From NCBI GenBank assembly GCA_035565975.1, contig DATMRT010000130.1, positions 8,834-72,833 on the forward strand: a DNA stretch of 64,000 nt. Direction: 5' to 3'. This document shows, piece after piece, positions 11,710-20,325 of the stretch (the first letter of the stretch is position 1; each line of letters starts with the position of its first letter). The notes under the pieces were generated by a model. The model did not search any database and was not told where the DNA came from. It was given only the letters and a program-made list of their open reading frames with translations. Both the position numbers and the translations under genes were made by a program. The DNA comes from Hyphomicrobiaceae bacterium. GTDB lineage: Bacteria; Pseudomonadota; Alphaproteobacteria; Rhizobiales; Hyphomicrobiaceae.

Positions 11710-11920
11710 AGAAGCGCGGGGGTTAAAGGCCGCGTTCTTTCAGTCGGCGACGGGGGACCAACTGGCGGTCCGAGAGAGGGAGCACAACACCGAAGCGCAC
11801 AACCAGATGCGGTGACCAATCCTACGCGGTCCACCCTCCGGCTTCGGTGTCCTCAGGCGTGCTGAGCCTCCACCACGGGACTGCGTTCTGCAGCCCAGGT
11901 CGCCCTTCAGGATCTGGAGG
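11710..11920 (+). ncRNA. candidate structured 5' leader of rlpA
   Basis: stems GGACC/GGTCC (11755-11771), ACACCGAAGC/GCTTCGGTGT (11787-11850), CTCAG/CTGAG (11852-11866) and CCTTCAG/CTGGAGG over the SD (11904-11920). Confidence 0.4.
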
Positions 11921-11924
11921 TCGC

Positions 11925-12542
11925 ATGCGTATTCTGCGAGTTCTGCCGGTTATACTCGGCATGACCACTGCCGGTCTCATGACAGCACCGGCATCAGCAG
12001 AGAGCGTTTATCGGTTCACCGGAAGTACGGAATACAAGGACAGCATTAGTATCAACTCCTACCGATCCAAGCGCTCCAATCTCGGCGCCATGGACGTGCG
12101 CCCGGCCGAGCGTCGCGCCGAGCGCCGGGAAGGCCGCAGGAGCCGCTCAGCTCGTGTGCGCGATCGGGAGGAGAGCCGTTCGGAGCGGCGTGCCTCGCGC
12201 CGTAGCCAGCGGCGGACACGGACGGCCTCGCTCGGAAATGGCGGGGGGAGCTGGGGCGGCGGCAGCCACGGGGTTGCGTCATATTACTGGCAGCCGCAGC
12301 GCGTCGCCTCCGGCGGCTGGTTCAATCCGAATGCCATGACGGCTGCGCACAAGACGCTGCCCTTCGGCACGCGAGTGAGGGTCACACATGCCGGCAATGG
12401 CCGCTCGGTCATCGTGCGGATCAACGATCGCGGCCCCTATGTCAAAGGCCGGATCATCGATCTGTCGCGCGCGGCTGCCAGCGCCATCGGCATGACGGGG
12501 CAAGGCATCGCTCGTGTGAGCATGGAAGTGCTCGGTCGCTGA
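11925..12542 (+). CDS. rlpA: septal ring lytic transglycosylase RlpA-family protein
   Basis: signal peptide, Arg-rich linker, then ASYY..TAAHKTLPFGT..INDRGPYVKGRIIDLS; GGAGG RBS. Confidence 0.92.
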   Translation: MRILRVLPVILGMTTAGLMTAPASAESVYRFTGSTEYKDSISINSYRSKRSNLGAMDVRPAERRAERREGRRSRSARVRDREESRSERRASRRSQRRTRTASLGNGGGSWGGGSHGVASYYWQPQRVASGGWFNPNAMTAAHKTLPFGTRVRVTHAGNGRSVIVRINDRGPYVKGRIIDLSRAAASAIGMTGQGIARVSMEVLGR

Positions 12543-12569
12543 GACCAGAGCCACGGATCAAGTGGTAAA

Positions 12570-12608
12570 AGGCGGCGCGCCGGGCCTCGGTGCGCCGCCT
12601 TGCTATTT
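12570..12608 (+). terminator. intrinsic terminator after rlpA
   Basis: AGGCGGCGCGCCG-GGCCT-CGGTGCGCCGCCT followed by TGCTATTT. Confidence 0.65.
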
Positions 12609-12722
12609 CTGCACAGGGCCATCGCTCTCGCGGCTTGGCTGCGCGAGCGCGAGGCGCTTGGCCTCGGTCCCTGTCGCGCGCTACGCTCCCCGGAAAGCAA
12701 TCATCTCATCCGGGAGGACGGC

Positions 12723-13106
12723 ATGGCGACGTTCAAGTGGGACCACATTCACCTGCGCAGCCCTGATCCGGAGGCGACGGCCGCCTTCTACGAGCGCATG
12801 TTCGGTGCCGAGGTCATCCGCACAACGCAGCAGGGCAAGCCGCGCATCGACCTCAAAATCGGCGGCGCCAGCGTGTTCATCGCCCAAGTGACGGCCGGCG
12901 ACGGCGTCGCCGCACCGCCGAAGACGCCCTACCAGGGCCTCGACCATTTCGGGCTCGAAGTCACGGGCATCGATGCCGTCGTCGCCGATCTCAAGAAGAA
13001 GGGCGCCGAGTTCACCATGGAGCCGAACACGATCCGGCCCGGCACCCGCATCGCGTTCCTACGCGGCCCTGAAGGCGTCTCTATCGAGCTGCTCGAGCGG
13101 AGCTGA
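12723..13106 (+). CDS. VOC/glyoxalase-family protein
   Basis: WDHIHLRS, GLDHFGLEV, RIAFLRGPEGVSIELLE. Confidence 0.9.
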   Translation: MATFKWDHIHLRSPDPEATAAFYERMFGAEVIRTTQQGKPRIDLKIGGASVFIAQVTAGDGVAAPPKTPYQGLDHFGLEVTGIDAVVADLKKKGAEFTMEPNTIRPGTRIAFLRGPEGVSIELLERS

Positions 13107-13111
13107 GACGA

Positions 13112-13852
13112 TCAGCAGCGCTGCTTGATCTCGGCCTCGAGCTCGGCGCGGACCTCCTTGGCGAGCGCCGCCACGCGCGCGCGCTGCCCGGCATCCATGC
13201 CTTCGACATCCCGGCTGAAGGTATCGAGCGCCCAGTCGAGCTCGGCGCCGGCAAACCGCAGCTTGCCGCAGTCGAGCGTCTTGCGCAGTGCGCGGTAGGC
13301 GAAGAGGCGCGTGCCGTTCGAAAACTCCATCGGCGTCGGCGCACGCATCATCCACGACTGGTTCGGATCGGCGATCATGGCGCGCAGCACCGCCAGGCAA
13401 TCGACGCCGACGCCGCACCGCGTCGTATCCTTTTCGAGCTCGCGCTCGGTCAGCGCCTTCGGCGGGGATGGCGGCGGGAGCGTTGCAGGCGGTGCCGAAA
13501 TGGCGAGGTCGGGCACCGCAGGCTTGGCCTTGGGTGTGGGCGGCGGCGACGGTGCGGGTGCGTGCGGCACCTTGGGCGCGGCGACGCGAGGCCTGGCAGG
13601 TGCCGCCGGTGCGGGTTCGGTCCTCGGCGGAGCCGTGTAAGCGACCTTGGCGGGGGGCTGTTCACCGCGATGGACAGTCGTGGCGTTGTCCCACGTGTCC
13701 TTGAGTGACAGCCGCTCCTGCTCCGCTCCCACATCACCGGTGTAGCGCTCGGCCGGCGGCTCCTCCGCGCACGCCGTCACGCCGGCCGCGATCAGAGCCG
13801 CGAGGACGACTCTGGTTGCATGTCGGCGCTGACGGACGAGCGGCAATGGCAT
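13112..13852 (-). CDS. hypothetical Pro-rich lipoprotein with a 4-Cys C-terminal domain
   Basis: lipobox-like GVTAC after a hydrophobic stretch; Pro/Ala linker; GTRLFAYRALR domain. Confidence 0.7.
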   Translation of the reverse strand: MPLPLVRQRRHATRVVLAALIAAGVTACAEEPPAERYTGDVGAEQERLSLKDTWDNATTVHRGEQPPAKVAYTAPPRTEPAPAAPARPRVAAPKVPHAPAPSPPPTPKAKPAVPDLAISAPPATLPPPSPPKALTERELEKDTTRCGVGVDCLAVLRAMIADPNQSWMMRAPTPMEFSNGTRLFAYRALRKTLDCGKLRFAGAELDWALDTFSRDVEGMDAGQRARVAALAKEVRAELEAEIKQRC

Positions 13853-13906
13853 CCCGGTCTTTCCGGACGAAATGAGCAAATCGTCCGTAAGACTATGGGT
13901 CAGCCT

Positions 13907-13922
13907 TTAAGTTCGTCTTAAC
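13907..13922 (+). promoter_or_regulatory. CtrA full binding site
   Basis: exact TTAA-GTTCGTC-TTAAC, 55 bp upstream of the 13852 start. Confidence 0.7.
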
Positions 13923-13944
13923 GCTGTTGGCACACTGCGAGAGC

Positions 13945-16227
13945 TCAGTTGTATCTCACCACGCCGTAGAGGCGGATCGTGCGCCCCGGCTGGAGCACCT
14001 CGTCCTTCTTGAAGGAGACGTGATTGCGGATCTCCTCGTCGAGGAGGTTCTCGCCTCTGAGACCGATGGTCATCTGCGGCGAGATCCGTCCCAACTCCGG
14101 CTGCAGCGCGAAAGTGTACGAGAGATCGGCATTCAGCATCGTGTAGCCGTCGGTCGGCGTATCCTTGGCATCGTCGCCTGCGACCTTGTCCTGATCGAAA
14201 GCGTGAAGCGCAAAGAGTCGCGCCAGCCAGTTGGCATCGCGATAATAGATGCCGGCGCCAAGACGATGCGGCGGGATGCGCGGGACATAGCCGCCGCCGC
14301 TGAATTTCGCATTGACGAAATCGTACTGGCCTTCGAAGCCGATCACGCCGCGCGCGAACTCGAACACATCCCACTGCGCCGAAAGCTCGACACCGCTGAA
14401 GGTCGCGTCGCGCTGCGAGAACACGAGCTGATCGGCAGGACCATGCCCATGGTCGTGATCGTCATGATCGTCGTCGTCATCGTCGTGATCATGCTCGCCG
14501 CAGGAAGATAGCGTCCCCTCGCATTCGATGCCCGTGAAGCGCTTGAAGATGAAGTTGCGATAGCGCGTGTGGAAGGCGGTGGCATCGAACCTGAAGGCAC
14601 CGCGGGCGCGCTTGAAGCCGAGCTCGATGGTGGACGCCTTCTCGATCTTCAGATCCGGATTGCCGAGCTCGAAGGTGCCGGCGGCATGATGCAGGCCCTT
14701 GGAGAAGAGCTCGGCAACGTCGGGCGCGCGCTCCGTGTACTGGCCCGTGAGGCGCGCGACCACGCCGAGCGGCAGTTCATAAAGAGCACCGAGACTTGCG
14801 CTTTTAGGTGCGAATGAGCGACTGCGCTCTTCCACGTGATAGTGGAAGTGATCGTCATGCGGCTCGATTTCCACGCCCGTCCCCTTGGCACGGACACTCT
14901 CGATGCGCGCCGCCGCCTGTAGCCTCAGACGCCGCGTGATCTCGAGCTCCTCGAACCAGAAGGCAGCAATGCTGTTCGAGCGCGCCGGTGGATCGATCAG
15001 CCCGTCCATCTCCTCGGCGAGCTCCGGATCGTAGATGAAGCCGCGAACGCGCTTCTGATCCCAATGTAGGCCGACGGCACCCCGGAAAATGCCGAGCGGA
15101 GAGCTGAAGGCCTGATGCTGTACCTCCAGGCGGGCCTCGTGCTCCCGATTGGTGTACCGGCTCTCGATCTCGTCGCTGATGTGAACGTGATCGCCATGGT
15201 CTTCTTCATGGGCGACGATCTCGTTGTGGCCGTAGCGCGAGGTGCCGAGCCAATAGCGGATAGCCTCGATACCGTAGGCATTCATGCGCCATTCGCCGCG
15301 TGACTGGATCTTGTCCTGATGAAGGTCGATGCGCGGGCGATGATCCTCCGCTTCCTCGCCGGGAATGCCGTAGAAGCTGTTGAAGCGCGTGTAGGAAACG
15401 CCGATGAAGCCGCTCTCGCCGACGATGGATGCGCCGAGCGAGTAGCCAGAGCTCTCGACAAAGGAGTTCGCCTGCCGTCCGCGCGGCGTGTCGTAGTCAT
15501 CGGCCTGGCGGCGGAAGGCATCGGCGTAGAGAACGATGTTGCCCGCGCCCGTCATCACCTTGAAGCCACCGTCATGGCTCTCGTCGACCGAGCCGAGTCC
15601 GCCTTTGAGGACGGCGCTGAAACCATCCTTCGGCATGAACTGCGGTATGCGATCGTTCGAAACATCGACAACACCGCCGATGGCTTGCGAGCCGTAGCGC
15701 AGTGTCGCGGGGCCGCGGATGATCTCGATGCGCTCCGCGGCGAAGGGATCGATCGGCACCGCATGGTCCTCTGACAGCGCCGAAACGTCGTGCGCGCCGA
15801 TGCCATTCTCCTGTACGCGCACGCGGAAGCGATCGAGGCCGCGAATAATCGGTCGGCTGGCACCCGGTGCGAATGTGGACGCCGTCACGCCCGGCTTGAG
15901 CGCGGTCGCATCGCCAATGTTGGACACCGCCCGCGCCTCGACCTCCTGCCCGCTCATGACCGTGACCGGAACGAAGGCGTCCTCGTCGACGACAAGAGTT
16001 CCCGGAAGTGCCGCCGGAGGCTCGGCAGGCTCCGCAGGCACAGCGGCCGGCGCGGGCTGGGGAACCGGTGTGCGCACGCGACGCGGCCGCTGAACCGGGC
16101 TCGGGGTCGTCACGACGAGGCCCGGAAGCTGCACCTGGGCCCCGGCACCATCGGCAAAGCCGGCGATAATTCCGAGCGTTATCAGACTTCCCCCAATTCC
16201 TCGATGCAGCCACCTACCCATCTTCAT
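13945..16227 (-). CDS. TonB-dependent receptor, ZnuD-like, His/Asp-rich
   Basis: plug RPIIRGL..IEIIRGPATLRYGSQAIGGVV; His-rich loops; C-terminal PGRTIRLYGVVRYN. Confidence 0.9.
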   Translation of the reverse strand: MKMGRWLHRGIGGSLITLGIIAGFADGAGAQVQLPGLVVTTPSPVQRPRRVRTPVPQPAPAAVPAEPAEPPAALPGTLVVDEDAFVPVTVMSGQEVEARAVSNIGDATALKPGVTASTFAPGASRPIIRGLDRFRVRVQENGIGAHDVSALSEDHAVPIDPFAAERIEIIRGPATLRYGSQAIGGVVDVSNDRIPQFMPKDGFSAVLKGGLGSVDESHDGGFKVMTGAGNIVLYADAFRRQADDYDTPRGRQANSFVESSGYSLGASIVGESGFIGVSYTRFNSFYGIPGEEAEDHRPRIDLHQDKIQSRGEWRMNAYGIEAIRYWLGTSRYGHNEIVAHEEDHGDHVHISDEIESRYTNREHEARLEVQHQAFSSPLGIFRGAVGLHWDQKRVRGFIYDPELAEEMDGLIDPPARSNSIAAFWFEELEITRRLRLQAAARIESVRAKGTGVEIEPHDDHFHYHVEERSRSFAPKSASLGALYELPLGVVARLTGQYTERAPDVAELFSKGLHHAAGTFELGNPDLKIEKASTIELGFKRARGAFRFDATAFHTRYRNFIFKRFTGIECEGTLSSCGEHDHDDDDDDHDDHDHGHGPADQLVFSQRDATFSGVELSAQWDVFEFARGVIGFEGQYDFVNAKFSGGGYVPRIPPHRLGAGIYYRDANWLARLFALHAFDQDKVAGDDAKDTPTDGYTMLNADLSYTFALQPELGRISPQMTIGLRGENLLDEEIRNHVSFKKDEVLQPGRTIRLYGVVRYN

Positions 16228-16251
16228 CCCCCTGTGACAACGTTCGCTACG

Positions 16252-16278
16252 CTATAACATCACTGTTATAGTGTAACG
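16252..16278. promoter_or_regulatory. putative Zur box
   Basis: TGTTATA-G-TGTAACG (16264-16278) overlapping the perfect inverted repeat CTATAACA-TCAC-TGTTATAG (16252-16271). Confidence 0.65.
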
Positions 16279-16443
16279 CCATAGGCCAAAGGCTCAGGAC
16301 CCGCAAGAAGTGGCGGATGGGGATGGGTAGCTCGTCGGTTGGATTCGGGCCGCCTGTGGCGAGATGACCACGGCTCCGCTCATGAGCCCGAGCGTGGCAC
16401 GCTGCGACTGGCCCCCGCGTCCTCTTGATCGCGGCTGACGAAC

Positions 16444-17577
16444 ATGTTGGAGAGCAAAGCACCGAGACGTACACGATTGCGAGAGATGCCGGACGACGAC
16501 GCCTCGAAGTCGCAAGTGCTGCCGCCCCTCGGCGAGCATCGGCCGACGCGCGCCGATGACGTGCCCGCCGACCGCGGGAAAATGACCGTCCCGCTCGAGC
16601 TGTCGCCAAGTCCGCCCCGCAGTGAAGCGGAGGCCGCCCACGCTGCGCCGGCCGAGCTTCCGTCCGCTGATCCCGACGCCGCCCCTCTCCCGCCGACGCG
16701 CCGCCCCGCTAGGCGCGTTGCGTCCCTGAGCACAGCCTGCGGCGCGCATATCCTCGTGCTGCTTGCGCTGGTATCAACACCACCCGTCGAGTTCGGCCAT
16801 GGCGGCACCGAGCGCGATGCGATCAGCGTGTCGATCGTTCCGGCAAGCGCCATTGTAGTGCGGCGGGCGATCGCCGATGCAACGGCGCAAGCCGCCCCGT
16901 CGCAGATCACGCCGGAGCTTGGCGAGGACAGCGCAACAAGCGAGGCGGCGCCGGCGAAGACGGCGACATCGGAAGCGAAGGTCGCGCAGCCGCCTGAGGT
17001 CACCGAATCCGACACCAAGCTCGCAGCGCCTGACGAACCCGCACCGGAGACCGCACCCGAAGAGGCCCCCGTGGTCGCGAGCCCGACGAAGCCGCCGACG
17101 CAGGACGTCAAGGTCGCCGCCGCCGAACCAACGCCCGCGCCCGCGCCCGCAGAAAAACCGCACGAGAACACCCCGCGCGAGGAAATGCCGACGCCACCAT
17201 CACCCGACGCGCGCGCTTCGGGCGGTGCCATCGCGCTCGGCTCAGCACCCGAAGAATCGCCGCAGCCGGCGGCGGCGGCGGCAAGCCACGGCGAGATCAA
17301 TGCCTATGGCACCGCCGTGCAGATGGCCTTGCTCGCCGTCGATCAGCGCGAGGCCAAGGCGCGTGTTTCCGCAACGAAAGCCAAGGGCACCGTCATCGTC
17401 AGGTTGTCGATCGACGCCAGCGGTGGGCTCGTCAGCGCCGAAGTCATGAGGTCGAGCGGCCGGGCGGAACTCGACGATGCGGCGCTGCTCCTGATCCGGC
17501 TGGCCACGTTCCCGCCGCCACCGGCGAGCCTCACGTCGGAGCAGCGCTCCTATATTGCGCCCATCCGTTTCCAGTGA
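16444..17577 (+). CDS. TonB-family energy transducer
   Basis: single TM, Pro/Ala/Glu linker, TonB_C-like GTVIVRLSIDASG..SSGRAELDDAAL..FPPPP; start uncertain. Confidence 0.82.
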   Translation: MLESKAPRRTRLREMPDDDASKSQVLPPLGEHRPTRADDVPADRGKMTVPLELSPSPPRSEAEAAHAAPAELPSADPDAAPLPPTRRPARRVASLSTACGAHILVLLALVSTPPVEFGHGGTERDAISVSIVPASAIVVRRAIADATAQAAPSQITPELGEDSATSEAAPAKTATSEAKVAQPPEVTESDTKLAAPDEPAPETAPEEAPVVASPTKPPTQDVKVAAAEPTPAPAPAEKPHENTPREEMPTPPSPDARASGGAIALGSAPEESPQPAAAAASHGEINAYGTAVQMALLAVDQREAKARVSATKAKGTVIVRLSIDASGGLVSAEVMRSSGRAELDDAALLLIRLATFPPPPASLTSEQRSYIAPIRFQ

Positions 17578-17821
17578 GCCCAACGCCACGCATGCTGCGC
17601 CGCAAACGCTGCCCTCGCTTTTGCCAGGGGCGGCCATTACACTTCACAGGCTCGTGAAGTTGACGTCTGAACCGCCAGCGAGCCTCGGCCCGAGTCGACG
17701 ACGGCCGAGGGCACATGAGTGTGAAAAGGCCGCGCATGGGTCTGCTGCCAGGTCTCGCGAAGCGGAGTAAGGGGCGCGCCGTCAGGCACGCTAGCTGCAT
17801 TCCCATCGTGGCGCGCCGCAA

Positions 17822-19657
17822 ATGACAGCCCCCAGCGCCGGGACTTCCGACGCACCCGATGCCGCGCCTGCCGCCGGCAAGTCGAGCCTCGACCTCGACT
17901 GGCGCGTTGTGCGCGCCTTCGCCCATTTCGCAGGCGGCTTCTGGCGCGGCGAGGGGGCGCGCCGCGCTTGGCTTCTGACGTCCACGCTCGCCGTATGCCT
18001 TCTGCTCAGCACGACCGCGACGGTCGCACTCAATCACTGGACGCGCTGGTTCTTCGACGCGCTCGAGGACCGCGATGCGCTGGTGATCTGGGAGACAGTC
18101 CTCGTCTTCTTCATGATCATCGCGTGCATGGCTGCGGTGGGTGTCGGCATCGTGCTCACGCGCGAGCGGCTGCAGGTCTACTGGCGGGCCTGGATCGTCG
18201 GCGAGGTCGTCTCGCGCTGGCTCGGCCGGCGGCGGTTCTATTTTCTCGCGCAATCCGGAACGCAGCCCGCCAATCCCGAGTACCGCATCGCCGATGACTC
18301 GCGCTGGGCGAGCGAGCCGCTGGTCGATCTCGGCATCGGCCTCGTTACGGCAATCATCTCGGCGGCGGCGTTCATCTCCATTCTATGGACGGTCGGTGGA
18401 TCCTACACGCTGGCGCTCGGCACCGGCCACGTCACGGTCCCCGCCTACATGGTGCTGGTCGCCGTTGCCTACGGCATCATCGGCTCGCTGCTCACCATGT
18501 GGGTCGGCCGCCGGCTCGTCGGCTACGTCGGGCGCAAGAACGAGGCAGAGGGCGACTTCCGTTTCGCGCTCATGCGTCTGCGCGACAACGCCGAGAGCAT
18601 CGCGCTGATGGGCGGCGAGCAGAGCGAGCGGCGCATCCTCACGCGTATCTACGAGACCGTGGTGCAGCGCTGGCTGCGCATCGTCCAGCAGCACGGCAGG
18701 CTCACCTGGATCACGAACTCGGTCGGCCCGATGACGCCCGTTGTACCGCTGCTTTTCGCAGCGCCGAAATATCTCCAGAACGAGCTTTCGCTCGGCGAGG
18801 TGACGCAGCTCGCTGCTGCCTTCGCGCACGTACAGGTGGCCATCTCCTGGATCGTCGACAACTTCAATCGCATCGCAGAGTGGTACGCGTCCGCGCGCCG
18901 CACCATGGACATGGTGGATGCCTGCTCGGAGGTCGATCGGCGTCGCCTCGAAGGCGTACGCGGCATCGCCGTCCTGCCCTCGCCAAGCGAAGGACTGCAG
19001 CTCGAGGGCCTCGCGGTACACGATCCAGGTGGCCGGCCGCTCGTTGCCCGTGCCGACCTCATGGTGCCGCCGGCGACGTCGCTCTCGGTCTCGGGCGATA
19101 CGAGCTCGGGAAAGACGGCGATCGTGCGCGCCATCGCCGGCCTCTGGCGCGAGGGTCACGGGACCGTGCGCATCGGCGAGCGGGCGCGGATCATGATCGC
19201 GCCGCAGCAGGGCTACCTGCCGCTCGCAACGCTTCGTGAGGCTTTGGTCTATCCGGCCGATGGCGAACCGTATGCCGACCGAGAGATAACCGCCGCCCTC
19301 GACCGCGCCGGCCTTGGCCATCTCGACGGACAACTCGACGAGCGCGGCCGCTGGGATCAGTCCCTTTCGGCGGGCGAGCGTCAGCGCGTCGCCATCGCGC
19401 GCCTGCTGCTGCACCGTCCGGACGTTATCATCCTCGACGATGCCATGACCGCGCTTGACGAGAGCGCACGTGCCGATCTGCTCGCGGCTCTGCGCGAGAC
19501 CATGCCGGATGCCGCGATCCTGAATGTCGGGCAGACAGCGCGGCTGTTGCCGGGAGCGGCGCGGGCCCTTGCGTTAGAACGCCACGCGGGCGGCACCGTG
19601 CTCGGGGATCAGCCGACCGCATACGAGCAGAAGCGCCCGCTTACCGCCGGCCTGTGA
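17822..19657 (+). CDS. ABC transporter, fused permease/ATPase, YddA/Rv1819c/ABCD-like
   Basis: EAEGDFRFALMRLRDNAESIA motif; GDTSSGKT; LSAGERQR; non-canonical Walker B (LDDA) and switch (VGQ). Confidence 0.9.
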   Translation: MTAPSAGTSDAPDAAPAAGKSSLDLDWRVVRAFAHFAGGFWRGEGARRAWLLTSTLAVCLLLSTTATVALNHWTRWFFDALEDRDALVIWETVLVFFMIIACMAAVGVGIVLTRERLQVYWRAWIVGEVVSRWLGRRRFYFLAQSGTQPANPEYRIADDSRWASEPLVDLGIGLVTAIISAAAFISILWTVGGSYTLALGTGHVTVPAYMVLVAVAYGIIGSLLTMWVGRRLVGYVGRKNEAEGDFRFALMRLRDNAESIALMGGEQSERRILTRIYETVVQRWLRIVQQHGRLTWITNSVGPMTPVVPLLFAAPKYLQNELSLGEVTQLAAAFAHVQVAISWIVDNFNRIAEWYASARRTMDMVDACSEVDRRRLEGVRGIAVLPSPSEGLQLEGLAVHDPGGRPLVARADLMVPPATSLSVSGDTSSGKTAIVRAIAGLWREGHGTVRIGERARIMIAPQQGYLPLATLREALVYPADGEPYADREITAALDRAGLGHLDGQLDERGRWDQSLSAGERQRVAIARLLLHRPDVIILDDAMTALDESARADLLAALRETMPDAAILNVGQTARLLPGAARALALERHAGGTVLGDQPTAYEQKRPLTAGL

Positions 19658-19925
19658 TGCGCGGCGCGCATCCCTCGTGCGAGCAAATATAAATATTCAT
19701 TCATCCAGAACGCCGTTCGAGACGCGATTCACCGCCCGAGAATGAATATTTGACAACAGTCATCAGGGTTTTTGCTTATATGCCGCAGCATATTTATTCT
19801 TACCGGTGATCAATTGAAGTATTAACTGATATTTCTTCTTGCTAGGACCACGTAAGCGCATGTAGAGCGGAGCTGTCACGCATGGGGATGCGCGCACACA
19901 GCACAAACTCCCTCTGGAGGATCGC

Positions 19926-20129
19926 ATGACTCGTCTGCTTGCTGCTCTTGGTACGGCTGGTCTGGTTGCCATCGCTTCGACGCTCCCGGCCGCGTCGGCC
20001 CCCGCCGTCAAATCGGCCCCCGGCGTCTCGCAGTCGCACGTGAGCAAGGTCGCCGACAAGAAGCCGGCGAAGAAGAAGGCCGCCAAGAAGAAGGCCCCGG
20101 CCAAGAAAGCTGAGCCGAAGAAGGGCTGA
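19926..20129 (+). CDS. small secreted Lys/Ala-rich protein (67 aa)
   Basis: GGAGG RBS, signal peptide, 14 Lys in the mature part, own terminator. Confidence 0.8.
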   Translation: MTRLLAALGTAGLVAIASTLPAASAPAVKSAPGVSQSHVSKVADKKPAKKKAAKKKAPAKKAEPKKG

Positions 20130-20173
20130 TAGCGAAATTCGGCGCGCAGCAGCAGCTTCGCGCGGATGAGCTC

Positions 20174-20212
20174 AAAGCCGCATCGGGATATCTCCCGGTG
20201 CGGCTTTTTCTA
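20174..20212 (+). terminator. intrinsic terminator
   Basis: AAAGCCGCATCGGGA-TATC-TCCCGGTGCGGCTTT followed by a T-tract. Confidence 0.85.
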
Positions 20213-20325
20213 TTGTCTGCCCCTTGCGCGCGTCACTGGATCAATAGGTCCTGAAACGCTACACCCGATCGCCGGGCGGTCCGATGGGGTGCGCCACGAA
20301 CAAGAAATTCCTGAGGAGGACCCAA

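Noticed and set aside
17600-17800. Cobalamin riboswitch before the Rv1819c-like ABC gene
   Set aside because: GGGAATGC and GAGACCTG fragments are on the wrong strand and the B12-box elements (GCAACTGT, GCCACTG) are missing.
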